Shown piece by piece: positions 1 through 10,021 of a DNA stretch of 53,855 nucleotides. Location of the stretch: sequence record SRR31156797_1505; one strand, given 5' to 3'. The notes beneath the pieces were generated by a model. It did not search any database. It was not told where the DNA came from and saw nothing but the letters and a program-made list of their open reading frames with translations. The position numbers and the translations under genes are program-made. Each line of letters starts with the position of its first letter. The stretch's first letter is position 1.

Positions 1-1530
1 GTCAGTACCACGACCAGCCATGTTTGTGGCGATGGTTACAGCACATTTCTTACCGGCATCTTTGATGATGTCAGCTTCACGTTCGTGGTTTTTAGCGTTT
101 AGAACTTCGTGCTTTATCTTCTTTTTAGTAAGCAGGGAGCTTATTATTTCAGTCTTTTCGATGGAGCTGGTACCAACAAGTACCGGTCTGCCTTCTTTAT
201 TCATCTTTTCAATTTCTTCGCCGATAGCGATCAGCTTCTCCTGTACAGTCTGATAGATGACATCCGCATGGTCTTTTCTGATCATGTTCATGTGTGTGGG
301 GATAACTGCAACTTCAAGCCCGTAGATAGACATGAACTCCGCAGCCTCTGTCATAGCAGTACCTGTCATTCCTGAAAGTTTTTTATACATACGGAAGAAA
401 TTCTGGAATGTGATAGAAGCGAGTGTCTGGTTTTCGCTTTCGATAGTGACAGATTCCTTCGCCTCAAGAGCCTGGTGCATTCCGTCTGCATAGCGTCTTC
501 CCGGCTGGAGTCGTCCAGTAAATTCGTCAACGATGATAACCTCACCGTCTTTTACAACATAGTCCACATCACGTTTGTAAAGTGAGTGAGCTCTGATAGA
601 GTTATTGAAGTGGTGCAGCATATCTACATATTTGATATCAAAGAGGTTATCTATATCTAATGCTTTTTCAATAGCGTTGATGCCTTCGTCGTTAAGCTGA
701 GCAGATTTGTTCTTTTCGTCAAGTTTATAATGTGTGTGAGGGATAAGATCCTTTACGATATTGTTTACTTCGTAGTAGTGGTCAGTCCCCTTCTCTGTAG
801 GACCTGAGATGATGAGCGGCGTTCTCGCCTCGTCAATAAGGATGGAGTCAACTTCGTCAACAATAGCGAAGTTCAGCGGACGCTGTGCGAGTGGCTCGTT
901 AGGTGATTTCATATTATCACGGAGATAGTCGAAACCGAATTCGTTATTAGTTCCGTATGTGATGTCGGCACTGTACGCTTCTTCTCTTTCGCAAGGAACG
1001 ATCTTGGTTGTGAACTCAGCCTCGTTCTCCCACTCCACACGGAAGGAGACCTGATGCTGGATGATGCCGACAGTCAGCCCGAGGTATAGGTAAACAGGAG
1101 ACATCCACTGAGCATCTCGTCTTGCGAGATAGTCGTTTACAGTGACGAGGTGTGCGCCTTTACTTGAGAGACCATTAAGGTAAAGTGCGAGAGTCGCAAC
1201 GAGTGTTTTACCCTCACCCGTTTTCATCTCAGAAATCTTACCTTTGTGAAGAGCGTATCCACCCATTAGCTGAACATCGTAATGTCTCATGCCTAGTGTT
1301 CTGACCGCCGCTTCACGGCATACAGCAAAGGCATCAATGAGCATGTCGTCATCTGATTTGCCGTGGTTAAGGTGCTCACGAAACTCAACCGTTTTAGCTT
1401 TAAGCTCTTCATCTGATAGACTCTTAATCTGCTCCTCGAGAGCGTTGATACTATCCACCATAGGCTGAAGTTTCTTCGTATATCTATCTGAATAGGAACC
1501 GAATATCTTTTTAGCGACACTTTTTAACAT
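1..1530 (-). CDS. secA: Preprotein translocase ATPase SecA (5' part; runs off the window start)
   Basis: Not in the ORF track. Manual translation from ATG at 1530 gives [12 protein letters not shown]..., [12 protein letters not shown], Walker [40 protein letters not shown] and [26 protein letters not shown] upstream. Confidence 0.98.
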   Translation of the reverse strand, partial: MLKSVAKKIFGSYSDRYTKKLQPMVDSINALEEQIKSLSDEELKAKTVEFREHLNHGKSDDDMLIDAFAVCREAAVRTLGMRHYDVQLMGGYALHKGKISEMKTGEGKTLVATLALYLNGLSSKGAHLVTVNDYLARRDAQWMSPVYLYLGLTVGIIQHQVSFRVEWENEAEFTTKIVPCEREEAYSADITYGTNNEFGFDYLRDNMKSPNEPLAQRPLNFAIVDEVDSILIDEARTPLIISGPTEKGTDHYYEVNNIVKDLIPHTHYKLDEKNKSAQLNDEGINAIEKALDIDNLFDIKYVDMLHHFNNSIRAHSLYKRDVDYVVKDGEVIIVDEFTGRLQPGRRYADGMHQALEAKESVTIESENQTLASITFQNFFRMYKKLSGMTGTAMTEAAEFMSIYGLEVAVIPTHMNMIRKDHADVIYQTVQEKLIAIGEEIEKMNKEGRPVLVGTSSIEKTEIISSLLTKKKIKHEVLNAKNHEREADIIKDAGKKCAVTIATNMAGRGTD

Positions 1531-1587
1531 TTAATTCTCCATATATTATCAGGGCATATTATATGATAGCTATAGCCCTGGAAAGTT

Positions 1588-2481
1588 CTAATCTTTTGAT
1601 TCAGTTTTAACAATAAGCCAGAAAATCAAACCGAGCACAAGTATAGAGCTCAGGATGAATCCGTGCTGGAACATATTACCTTTCTCGTGTTTGAGAGTTA
1701 TGATGAGAAGGTCTCTAATAAATGCGATAAGGGCAACGGAGATGAATACTGAGGTTTTGAATTTACCACCACGTATGATCTGTACTTCCGTATGTAAAAG
1801 CTCCACCAAAACCCATATAATCAGCAGCGAACCTAGTGCTGTGATCAGCATGGCTTCTGCGTGCCCGTTGAATAGGTGTACTATATCCTGCGCAAATATC
1901 CACACAGACATGATAGTAAGCCCCATAAGCACTGCTACAAGTATTGAATGCATAACGAGTGAGAACCTCTCAGAGAAATCCACCACCATCTTACGCCAGC
2001 TGAATACTGTGCTGTATTTACTTATGGTTTTGTCGTAATAGGCGTCAAGCATCAGCTCGTTATTTATATCCAAAAGTTTATGCAGGGAGAGGAGTATCCC
2101 CTTGCGCTTAACATCGTCATCAATTATCTGGAAAATTTTCTCGTGCAGCCAGAGCCTCGCAAAGCTGATCATAGCTGTGAGATAGTCAGGGTCGAAGTCG
2201 TACTTCTGTATGCCAGCACCCTGTTTATAGAGGAAATTATAGTAGCTGTTGTTCTGATTTCCGTCGAAAAGTCTGTCGTACCACTCTTCAAGTTGCAATT
2301 TGTTAGCATAAAGAACTTCTGTCTGTTTCTCAGTCAGCTTGAACTTGACTTTGATAGCTTCGTAGTAATCATCGACAAACTCTTCTTTATGGTTTGCCAT
2401 ATGTGGTTGAAGATAAAGCAGATTTTCTAAATCTTTCTCTGTTATGCTGTAATGTTTCTGTAGGCTTTTCTGATATCTCAT
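1588..2481 (-). CDS. Protoglobin-like domain fused to a PsiE-family 4-TM membrane domain
   Basis: N-terminal ~150 aa helical region has a globin-sensor pattern (EFVDDYYE, EEWYDRLFDG, LHKLLDIN). The C-terminus has hydrophobic segments with PsiE-like LLIIWVLVELLHTE and VALIAFIRDLLI. Confidence 0.7.
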   Translation of the reverse strand: MRYQKSLQKHYSITEKDLENLLYLQPHMANHKEEFVDDYYEAIKVKFKLTEKQTEVLYANKLQLEEWYDRLFDGNQNNSYYNFLYKQGAGIQKYDFDPDYLTAMISFARLWLHEKIFQIIDDDVKRKGILLSLHKLLDINNELMLDAYYDKTISKYSTVFSWRKMVVDFSERFSLVMHSILVAVLMGLTIMSVWIFAQDIVHLFNGHAEAMLITALGSLLIIWVLVELLHTEVQIIRGGKFKTSVFISVALIAFIRDLLIITLKHEKGNMFQHGFILSSILVLGLIFWLIVKTESKD

Positions 2482-2596
2482 GAAAACTCCCTCGGCATTT
2501 GCTTAAGCCTTTATGGGTAAATAGATATTTATTTTTTAGCTATGTTAAGATAAAATGACCCGAAAGAAAAGTAAAATAAAAGTTCGAGGTGCTGTT

Positions 2597-3175
2597 GTGC
2601 GCAATGCGAATGTTGAAAGAAAGACAACTGAGACAGAGATCAGCGTAAACCTGACTGTAGACGGAACAGGGAAGTATGAAGTAGAGACCGGAGTCGGCTT
2701 TCTTAATCACATGCTGGAACTTTTTGCACGTCACGGCTCTTTCGACCTGAAAGTTAGCTGTAAAGGCGACACACATATAGATGCACACCACACAGCAGAA
2801 GATATAGCTATTGTTCTAGGTGATGCCTTTACAAAGGCGCTTGGGGATAAAAGAGGAATACGCAGATACGGGTTTTTCCTCCTGCCGATGGACGAGACCC
2901 TTATCGAGTGTGCGGTGGACTTTTCCGGTAGAACTTATCTCAACTTCGATGCGTCTATACCAGCAGAGAAGGTTGGTGATTTCGATACGGAGCTCGTTGA
3001 GGAATTTTTCAAGGCGTTTGCTGATAGGTCGGGAATCAACCTGCACATTATAAAACGCTACGGGCGTAACACTCACCACATAATCGAGGGTATCTTCAAG
3101 TGTGTGGCGAGATCGATCAAGGACGCTGTTAAGATCGAAGGCGACCAGATACCTAGCACAAAGGGTATTATATAG
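2597..3175 (+). CDS. hisB: Imidazoleglycerol-phosphate dehydratase
   Basis: RKTTETEI, GFLNHML, DAHHTAEDIAI, PMDE, NTHHIIEGIFK, IPSTKG. Start moved to GTG 2597, which follows a GAGGT RBS. Confidence 0.97.
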   Translation: MRNANVERKTTETEISVNLTVDGTGKYEVETGVGFLNHMLELFARHGSFDLKVSCKGDTHIDAHHTAEDIAIVLGDAFTKALGDKRGIRRYGFFLLPMDETLIECAVDFSGRTYLNFDASIPAEKVGDFDTELVEEFFKAFADRSGINLHIIKRYGRNTHHIIEGIFKCVARSIKDAVKIEGDQIPSTKGII

Positions 3176-3182
3176 TAAAACT

Positions 3183-3270
3183 GTCATGCTGAGGAGGAGT
3201 GAACTCCGACGTGAGCATCTGAAACCTCGGCATTAGATTCTCACGGCTTCTGACGAAGCCTCAGAATGAC
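3183..3270. repeat. 88-bp REP/MITE-like palindromic element with nested inverted repeats
   Basis: Outer GTCATGCTGAGG/CCTCAGAATGAC (11/12). Inner GGAGT-GA-ACTCC, CGTGAGCATCT/AGATTCTCACG (10/11) and GGCTTC-TGAC-GAAGCC. Confidence 0.7.
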
Positions 3271-3400
3271 GTATAGATTTTGAGAAATAAAGATAAAAGT
3301 GCATGGATGCACTTCGCGGAATGAACCGGAGCGGGTCTCCCTGAGCAGGTTTCAGTGGAGTGTGAATGTAGCCTGTACTTGTTCAGGCGTAATGACGAAG

Positions 3401-3425
3401 TTATTTTTACATGATGTAAAAATAA
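3401..3425. repeat. Perfect 12-bp inverted repeat just upstream of the hisH RBS
   Basis: TTATTTTTACAT-G-ATGTAAAAATAA. Confidence 0.75.
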
Positions 3426-3436
3426 ATGAGGTAATA

Positions 3437-4057
3437 ATGATTTCGATTATAGATTATGGAATGGGGAACCTGAGGTCTGTTGAAAAGGCGCTTCAGTCCC
3501 TAGGTTTTGATGCGAAGATTACTTCTGCCCCTGATGAGGTCAGGAAGTCTGATAAAGTTATTCTGCCTGGTGTTGGTGCATTTGCTGACTGCCGTAAGGG
3601 GCTTAAGGATAGCGGTCTCGAAGAGGCGACAATTGAGTTCATCGATTCAGGTAAGCCTATGCTCGGCATTTGTGTCGGGATGCAGATGCTCTTTGAGAAG
3701 GACTACGAATTCGGCGAGCACGAAGGTTTTGGCTATTTCAAAGGGGCTGTTAGTAAGTTCCCTGATGAGATTGTTAAAGATGGTATGAAGATCCCCCATA
3801 TGGGCTGGAACCAGATAATCAAAAAATTCGACCACCCTCTTCTTGATGGTGTGGTGACTGGCGACTACTTCTATTTTGTACACTCTTATCGTGCCATGTC
3901 TGAAAACCCGCAAGCGGAAGCGCTCACCTGTGATTACGGTGGTGAGTTTACCGCTATGGTTATCAGGGATAATGTGGCGGCTACTCAGTTTCACCCTGAA
4001 AAGAGCCAGAAGTTGGGGCTTCATTTACTGAATAATTTCGCTAACTGGAAAATATAG
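3437..4057 (+). CDS. hisH: Imidazole glycerol phosphate synthase glutamine amidotransferase subunit
   Basis: IIDYGMGNLRSV, LPGVGAF, LGICVGMQ, PHMGWN, YFVHSY, QFHPEKS. ATG 3437 follows a GAGGT RBS. Confidence 0.97.
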   Translation: MISIIDYGMGNLRSVEKALQSLGFDAKITSAPDEVRKSDKVILPGVGAFADCRKGLKDSGLEEATIEFIDSGKPMLGICVGMQMLFEKDYEFGEHEGFGYFKGAVSKFPDEIVKDGMKIPHMGWNQIIKKFDHPLLDGVVTGDYFYFVHSYRAMSENPQAEALTCDYGGEFTAMVIRDNVAATQFHPEKSQKLGLHLLNNFANWKI

Positions 4058-4160
4058 CAGGCTAGCAGCCTGTGGCTTATTAAAAGATAATATAATGACT
4101 GCCACGTTTCTTCGGCTCGTGATACTTGCCTGATGTGTGGTTAAATTGGAGATAAATAAT

Positions 4161-4877
4161 ATGCTGATAATACCTGCAATAGATCTGCTCGACGGAAAAG
4201 CTGTCCGCCTTAAGCAGGGTGATATGGATGATTATAAAGTTTATTACGATAACCCGCTTGATGCGGCTAAGATGTTCGCTGATATGGGCGTAAAGAGGCT
4301 TCACATTGTTGACCTTGATGGCGCACGTAAAGGTGAGGCGACTAACTTTCAGCTTATTGAGCAGATTGTCGCAAAAGCCGGAATGGACATCGAAGTTGGC
4401 GGCGGAATCCGTAACATGAAACGCCTTGAAGACTATTTTAATATCGGCGTTAAGTACGGCATCCTCGGAACAGTTGTTGTGAAAGATCCTGATTTCGTAA
4501 AGGAAGCTATGAATAAATATCCCGGCAGAATCATCCTAGGGGTTGATTCGAAAGAGGGATATGTAGCGACTGAGGGGTGGTACGAAAAGAGTTCCACGAC
4601 TGCTGTCGATCTTATAAACAGCTATGATGGTTACGAGGCGGAGTCAGTTATATATACTGACATCATGCGTGATGGTATGCTCTCAGGGATTAATCTTGAG
4701 GCTACAATCAGCCTCGCTGAAAATATCAAATATCCGGTTATAGCTTCCGGCGGTCTGAAAGGTATCGAAGATATCGAAGCCCTCACAGGTAAGAAAGGTA
4801 TTCTCGGTGCTATCACTGGTAAAGCTTTCTACGAAGGAAAGATCGATCTGAAAGAAGCACTTAAGCTTCAGGGGTGA
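4161..4877 (+). CDS. hisA: ProFAR isomerase
   Basis: IIPAIDLLDGKAVRLKQGD, LHIVDLDGA, EVGGGIR, YTDIMRDGMLSG, IASGG. ATG 4161 follows GGAG. Confidence 0.97.
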   Translation: MLIIPAIDLLDGKAVRLKQGDMDDYKVYYDNPLDAAKMFADMGVKRLHIVDLDGARKGEATNFQLIEQIVAKAGMDIEVGGGIRNMKRLEDYFNIGVKYGILGTVVVKDPDFVKEAMNKYPGRIILGVDSKEGYVATEGWYEKSSTTAVDLINSYDGYEAESVIYTDIMRDGMLSGINLEATISLAENIKYPVIASGGLKGIEDIEALTGKKGILGAITGKAFYEGKIDLKEALKLQG

Positions 4878-4884
4878 AGGAGTT

Positions 4885-5355
4885 ATGATACACAAGCTTC
4901 ATATGCTAATCGCTCTCGGTTTCGGTTCAGGTAAGGCTCCTGTTGCTCCGGGCACATTCGGAACACTCTTTGCTGTGATCCCTGTGTTGCTCACTGTTGG
5001 TCTCCCTTACTGGGTTAAGGGGCTGGTGTTCATCGCTATGATGGTGATGGGGACAATCTCCTCTCAGTATCACGGGGCATACACAGGTGTGAAAGACGCA
5101 TCTGAGGTCGTTATCGATGAGATAGCAGCTTATTACATGATTTTTCTATTCTTTCCTGTTAATACATTTACCCTTATCGCAGGGTTTATAATCTTTAGAA
5201 TTTTCGACATAACTAAGCCTTATCCTATCAAGCATTTTGAAAAGCTTGAGGGCGGGGTTGGCGTTATGATGGACGATATTATCGCTGGTCTGTATAGCAT
5301 CATAGTCCTTGCGATTGTATATTTCGGCTACATGATGCTTTTTGCTCATAAATAG
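4885..5355 (+). CDS. pgpA: Phosphatidylglycerophosphatase A
   Basis: GFGSGKAPVAPGTFGTL, DASEVVIDEI, FRIFDITKPYPI, GGVGVMMDDIIAG. Confidence 0.95.
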   Translation: MIHKLHMLIALGFGSGKAPVAPGTFGTLFAVIPVLLTVGLPYWVKGLVFIAMMVMGTISSQYHGAYTGVKDASEVVIDEIAAYYMIFLFFPVNTFTLIAGFIIFRIFDITKPYPIKHFEKLEGGVGVMMDDIIAGLYSIIVLAIVYFGYMMLFAHK

Positions 5356-5364
5356 GGGTGATTT

Positions 5365-6588
5365 ATGGTTAAGGTGGCGATATTTGCCATAGGCAGTGAG
5401 CTTCTTGAGGGGAGCATAGTTGATACTAACTCCGCATGGCTAGGGGCTAAGCTGACTAAGGCTGGCTTTGATGTTGTTGATGTTAGGCTTGTCCCTGATC
5501 ATAGAGAAAAGGTCGTTAATCTCTTAAAAGAGGGGATGGCGAGCTACGATGTTGTGCTTACTACTGGTGGTCTCGGACCCACTTTTGATGATATTACTGC
5601 TGAAACTCTGGCGGAGGCTTCCGGTAGAGAGATTACGATGAACGAAGAGGCGAGAGAGCACATGCTAAAGTGGCTGAAAAGCCGAAATGTGACCGTAAAA
5701 GAGTCTCATGAGCGTCAGGCGATGCTTCCGAAAGATTGTCTTATATTTCATAACGGCTCCGGTACTGCACTCGGTTTTGGTGTTGAGGAAGGTGGTTCCA
5801 CTGTCCTCTGTATGCCGGGTGTCCCTTATGAAATGTATAATATGTTTGATAAATTTATTATGCCTCACCTCCTTAAAAAATTCGAACTTAACGAGCGTCA
5901 CAGTGTAGATGTCCGCATCGCAGGTCTTCCTGAGAGCGATATTGACGATGTTGTGCGTGAGATGAATATACCTGAAACTGTCGAGTGCATTATCAATGTC
6001 GCCAAGGGCGAATGCCTGGTGAAATTCCGTGGTTTTGACAAAAATGAAGTACAGGGTTACGCAGATAAGATGAAAGCTAGCTTTCCTGATAATTTTGTCG
6101 GTTTTGGTGATGAGACTCTTGCATCCGTCCTTATTAGGCTTCTTCGTGAAAAGAGAAAAACTGTATCTGTTGCTGAGAGCTGCACTGGCGGCATGATAGG
6201 TGCAGAGCTTACGAAAATCTCAGGTTCCAGCGATGTTTTCAAAGGCGGTATAATTTCATATTGTAATGATGTAAAAGAACGCCTCCTGAGAGTACCTAAG
6301 AATATAATGGTCAATCACGGCGCAGTTAGCGAAGAGACAGCGAAAGCTATGGCTGTTGGTGTTGCTAATCAGCTTCAGACGAACTGTTCTATCTCTGTTA
6401 CAGGTGTCGCAGGACCGAACGGCGGCACAGAAGAAAAGCCTGTTGGTACGGTCTGTATTGCAGTTTGTGTCGGTAGAGAAGTTGTGACTAAGAAGCACTT
6501 TTTCGCTGGTGACAGAGATGCTATCCGCACAAGGGCAATGAAAGTTGGTCTCCGTGACCTTATTGAAATGATCAAAAAGCAGGTGTAG
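5365..6588 (+). CDS. cinA: CinA (MocF/ADP-ribose pyrophosphatase domain plus NMN deamidase domain)
   Basis: IGSELLEGSIVDTN, TTGGLGPTFDDIT, PGVPYEM, AESCTGGMI, GAVSEETA, TGVAGPNGGTEEKPVGTV. Confidence 0.95.
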   Translation: MVKVAIFAIGSELLEGSIVDTNSAWLGAKLTKAGFDVVDVRLVPDHREKVVNLLKEGMASYDVVLTTGGLGPTFDDITAETLAEASGREITMNEEAREHMLKWLKSRNVTVKESHERQAMLPKDCLIFHNGSGTALGFGVEEGGSTVLCMPGVPYEMYNMFDKFIMPHLLKKFELNERHSVDVRIAGLPESDIDDVVREMNIPETVECIINVAKGECLVKFRGFDKNEVQGYADKMKASFPDNFVGFGDETLASVLIRLLREKRKTVSVAESCTGGMIGAELTKISGSSDVFKGGIISYCNDVKERLLRVPKNIMVNHGAVSEETAKAMAVGVANQLQTNCSISVTGVAGPNGGTEEKPVGTVCIAVCVGREVVTKKHFFAGDRDAIRTRAMKVGLRDLIEMIKKQV

Positions 6589-6590
6589 GT

Positions 6591-7406
6591 TTGAATAAAA
6601 CAGAACTGACTATAAGCCTTGTTTTACATAATCACTCCTCTGAAGAAATTGCAGGGCTTATTGCTGATATCAGGTCGATACCGCTGAAATCAAAGCTTTT
6701 TATTATAGATAACTCACCAGAGCCATCAGACCTTTCGGTTTTTGAAAACGAAGATACAGAGATAATCCAAACGGGGGAAAACCTCGGCTATGGTAAAGGG
6801 CACAATTTAGGTATTTTCAAAGCTGGTGAGCTAGGCTCTGTGTTCCACCTAGTGATTAATCCAGATATAAGATTCAGAGGCGAAGACATCCCTACGTTAA
6901 TAAATTATATTAATAGCAATGAGGATTACGGTCTGGTTATTCCAAAGGTTCTATATGAAAATGGCGATTTTCAATTTATTTATAAACTTTTACCTGACCC
7001 ATTGGTTATGGCTCTTCGTCTTTTTCATAAGTTTTTACCTGAGTCTTTTGTAAAAGGTAAAAATGATACCTATGAGATGAGATACAAAGATTTTACGAAA
7101 GAATTTGAGCTGCCGGTTGTTTCCGGCTGTTTTATGCTTTGTAAAACTGAAATATTCATAGATGTAAAAGGCTTTGATGACAGGTTTTTTATGTATTTCG
7201 AAGATGTTGACCTTTCAAGGCGTATTGGTATGAAGTACAAGAATATGTTCTGTCCTGATGTCTCAGTAGTTCACGGTTTTCAGAAGAGCTCTTACAAGAA
7301 TAAAGATTTAAGAAATGCACACCTCGAAAGCGCTAAGAAATATTTTAATAAATGGGGCTGGTTTTTCGACAGCTACCGTAAAAAGAAGAACAAAAGCTGT
7401 ATGTGA
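6591..7406 (+). CDS. GT2 glycosyltransferase (WbbL/rhamnosyltransferase-like)
   Basis: IIDNS, NLGYGKGHN, VINPDI, VSGCFML, GFDDRFFMYFEDVDLSRR. TTG start 2 nt after the cinA stop. Confidence 0.88.
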   Translation: MNKTELTISLVLHNHSSEEIAGLIADIRSIPLKSKLFIIDNSPEPSDLSVFENEDTEIIQTGENLGYGKGHNLGIFKAGELGSVFHLVINPDIRFRGEDIPTLINYINSNEDYGLVIPKVLYENGDFQFIYKLLPDPLVMALRLFHKFLPESFVKGKNDTYEMRYKDFTKEFELPVVSGCFMLCKTEIFIDVKGFDDRFFMYFEDVDLSRRIGMKYKNMFCPDVSVVHGFQKSSYKNKDLRNAHLESAKKYFNKWGWFFDSYRKKKNKSCM

Positions 7407-7440
7407 GTTGTTTTACTATTGAACTAAATAGTGTATTTTT

Positions 7441-7449
7441 TGTTATAAT
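7441..7449 (+). promoter_or_regulatory. Candidate extended -10 sigma70 promoter for the rml/wzm operon
   Basis: TGTTATAAT (TGnTATAAT) in an AT-rich 114-bp gap; TTGAAC lies upstream at 7419-7424. Confidence 0.5.
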
Positions 7450-7520
7450 AAAGAGGATTTGCTCATTATGTTTTTTGTTGTATTATAGTAAATTAAATAA
7501 AATTCAAACAGGGTGGACCG

Positions 7521-8072
7521 ATGCCATTTACTTTCCATAAAACCGACCTTGAGGGCGTAATTCTTATCGAACCTCAGGTTTTTGGTGATGAACGTGGTTT
7601 TTTTCTAGAAACATATAAAAAAAGTGACTTTGAAAAGAACGGGATTGCTGTAGATTTCAATCAGGATAATCACTCAAGTTCACAAAAAGGAGTTCTCAGG
7701 GGGCTCCATTATCAAGCTAATCCGAAAGCTCAGGGGAAGCTTGTTCGCTGTGTTAGAGGTGCTCTTTTTGATGTTGCGGTGGATATAAGGAAAGATTCGC
7801 CGAACTTTGGTAAATGGGTTGGGTGCGAGCTAACTGAAGATAATAAAAAGATGCTCTGGATCCCTGAAGGTTTTGCTCACGGATTCCTTACTCTTTCTGA
7901 AACGGCTGAAATAGTCTATAAAGCGACCAATGAGTATTCATTTGAAAACGATAGAAGCATCCGTTGGGACGACCCTGATATAGGCGTTGACTGGGGCGTG
8001 GATGGGGCTGAAGTAGCTCTTTCTGAGAAAGATAAAACGGCACCATTTTTTAAAGACGCAGAGGTTTTCTAA
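7521..8072 (+). CDS. rfbC: dTDP-4-dehydrorhamnose 3,5-epimerase
   Basis: FGDERGFFLETY, QDNHSSS, GVLRGLHYQ, QGKLVRC, WIPEGFAHGF. Confidence 0.97.
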   Translation: MPFTFHKTDLEGVILIEPQVFGDERGFFLETYKKSDFEKNGIAVDFNQDNHSSSQKGVLRGLHYQANPKAQGKLVRCVRGALFDVAVDIRKDSPNFGKWVGCELTEDNKKMLWIPEGFAHGFLTLSETAEIVYKATNEYSFENDRSIRWDDPDIGVDWGVDGAEVALSEKDKTAPFFKDAEVF

Positions 8073-8936
8073 ATGATCTGGCTCATCGGTTGTAAGGGGA
8101 TGCTGGGAACCCAGCTTTCTAATGAGATAAAAAATTCAGGACTTGAACTTATAGAATCTGATATAGATGTAGATATCACAGATGTGGACGCTCTCAGGAG
8201 CTTTGCTGCGGGCAGAGGTGTAAAGTGGATAATAAATGCATCCGCCTTTACCGCTGTGGATAAAGCTGAATCTGAAGAAGAACTGGCACATAAAATCAAC
8301 GCTTTAGGTGTTGGAAATATTGCAAAAGCTGCATCTGAAATAGGTGCAAAAGTCGTACATTTCTCCACAGATTATGTCTTTGATGGGACAAAGCCAGAGG
8401 CTTATGTTGAGACCGATGAGGTCGACCCTATATCTGCCTACGGGAGAACAAAGCTGGACGGAGAGAGAGCACTCATTGCTGGATGTGATGCGTATTTTAT
8501 TTTCCGTATAAGTTGGTTATATGGTGTTTACGGTGCGAACTTTGTTAAAACGATGGTTCGCCTTTTTAATGATAAACCTGAGCTAGGTATTGTGGGCGAT
8601 CAGCATGGTGCGCCGACCTATGCCGGTGTTCTCACTGATAATATTGTTAAACTTATTCAATCAGAGAGTGATGCTTACGGTGTTTATCATTACAGTGATG
8701 AAGGTGAGATAAGCTGGCATGATTTTGCTGTTGAGATACGAGAGCAGGCATCAGCTAGAGGACTTTGTCCTTCGACAGTTGTGCTTAACTCTATCACCAC
8801 CGCTCAGTTTCCTACACCTGCAAAAAGACCGGCATACTCTATGCTTAACAAATCCAAAGCTAAAGGGCTTGGGTTTGATGTTAAGGACTGGAAACAAAAT
8901 TTGAAAAGTTACTTTGATGAGTTGGAGAGAATATAA
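8073..8936 (+). CDS. rfbD: dTDP-4-dehydrorhamnose reductase
   Basis: GCKGMLG, AFTAVDKAESE, STDYVFDG, YGRTK, PAKRPAYS. Confidence 0.96.
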   Translation: MIWLIGCKGMLGTQLSNEIKNSGLELIESDIDVDITDVDALRSFAAGRGVKWIINASAFTAVDKAESEEELAHKINALGVGNIAKAASEIGAKVVHFSTDYVFDGTKPEAYVETDEVDPISAYGRTKLDGERALIAGCDAYFIFRISWLYGVYGANFVKTMVRLFNDKPELGIVGDQHGAPTYAGVLTDNIVKLIQSESDAYGVYHYSDEGEISWHDFAVEIREQASARGLCPSTVVLNSITTAQFPTPAKRPAYSMLNKSKAKGLGFDVKDWKQNLKSYFDELERI

Positions 8937-9991
8937 TGAGAGAATTTAAAAATATAATGGTCACCGGTGGAAGCGGTTTTATCGGTGCTAATTTCATACG
9001 CTTTATGCTTGCAGACTCAGGCTTTAAGGGGCGACTTGTAAATGTGGACAAACTAACATACGCAGGTAATCCTGAAAACCTTGAGGATGTTGTTGGCGGG
9101 TTTGATGAATCTAGATATGTATTCTCTCAGACAGATATATGTGACTATGAAGCAATCGATGGGCTTTTTACTAAGTATGACATTGACTGCGTTATCCACT
9201 TCGCTGCTGAGAGCCATGTTGACAGGTCGATTCATGGGCCGGGCGAGTTTGTGCGTACAAATATCAACGGTACTTTCACACTCCTCGAGGCGGCAAGAAA
9301 GCACTGGGCTGGCAAAGATAACACACTTTTTCATCATGTGAGTACAGACGAGGTCTACGGTACACTTGGCGAGACAGGTTTCTTTTATGAGGACACTCCG
9401 TATGACCCAAGAAGCCCTTACTCTTCCTCAAAAGCGTCATCCGATCATCTTGTGAGTGCTTACCATCACACTTACGGCATGAATATTACTATGTCGAACT
9501 GTACTAACAACTACGGTCCATATCAGTTCCCTGAAAAACTCATCCCTGTGATGGTTCAGAAGATTATTGAAGAGAAAGACCTCCCTGTTTACGGTGACGG
9601 TCTTAACATCCGTGACTGGCTTTACGTTATCGATCATAACACTGCTGTATGGGATATTGTCTGTAAAGGGCGCATCGGCGAAACTTACAACATCGGTGGT
9701 GAAAACGAGTGGACAAACATCAAGCTTGTCAATGAGATATGCGAAATTATGGCAGAGCTCACTGGAAAGGGTGATAAGGATTACTATAAAAAACTGATCA
9801 CATATGTGACAGACAGACCTGGGCACGATAGACGTTATGCCATCAATTGTGACAAGATTAAAAATGAACTCGGCTGGAAGCAATCGCTGGATTTTGCAGA
9901 AGGGCTAAAAATGACCCTTAAGTGGTATCTTGACAACCCTGAGTGGATTGAAAATATCAAGTCTGGTGCTTATCAGAATAAAAATGTATAA
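8936..9991 (+). CDS. rfbB: dTDP-glucose 4,6-dehydratase
   Basis: VTGGSGFIGANF, DKLTYAGN, HFAAESHVDRSI, STDEVYG, YSSSK, DRPGHDRRYAI. Confidence 0.97.
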   Translation: MREFKNIMVTGGSGFIGANFIRFMLADSGFKGRLVNVDKLTYAGNPENLEDVVGGFDESRYVFSQTDICDYEAIDGLFTKYDIDCVIHFAAESHVDRSIHGPGEFVRTNINGTFTLLEAARKHWAGKDNTLFHHVSTDEVYGTLGETGFFYEDTPYDPRSPYSSSKASSDHLVSAYHHTYGMNITMSNCTNNYGPYQFPEKLIPVMVQKIIEEKDLPVYGDGLNIRDWLYVIDHNTAVWDIVCKGRIGETYNIGGENEWTNIKLVNEICEIMAELTGKGDKDYYKKLITYVTDRPGHDRRYAINCDKIKNELGWKQSLDFAEGLKMTLKWYLDNPEWIENIKSGAYQNKNV

Positions 9992-10021
9992 CTGCCTAAG
10001 TTTTAGTGGTTTGAGGAAAAG

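Noticed and set aside
3183..3270. tRNA gene (cloverleaf fold)
   Set aside because: No T-loop (GTTC RA), D-loop or CCA motifs, and the stem lengths do not fit
3299..3436. 46-aa N-terminal extension of HisH given in the ORF track
   Set aside because: It runs through the palindromic tract; the family start and RBS fit ATG 3437
3176..3436. His attenuator leader
   Set aside because: No His-codon-rich leader peptide, and the location is intra-operonic
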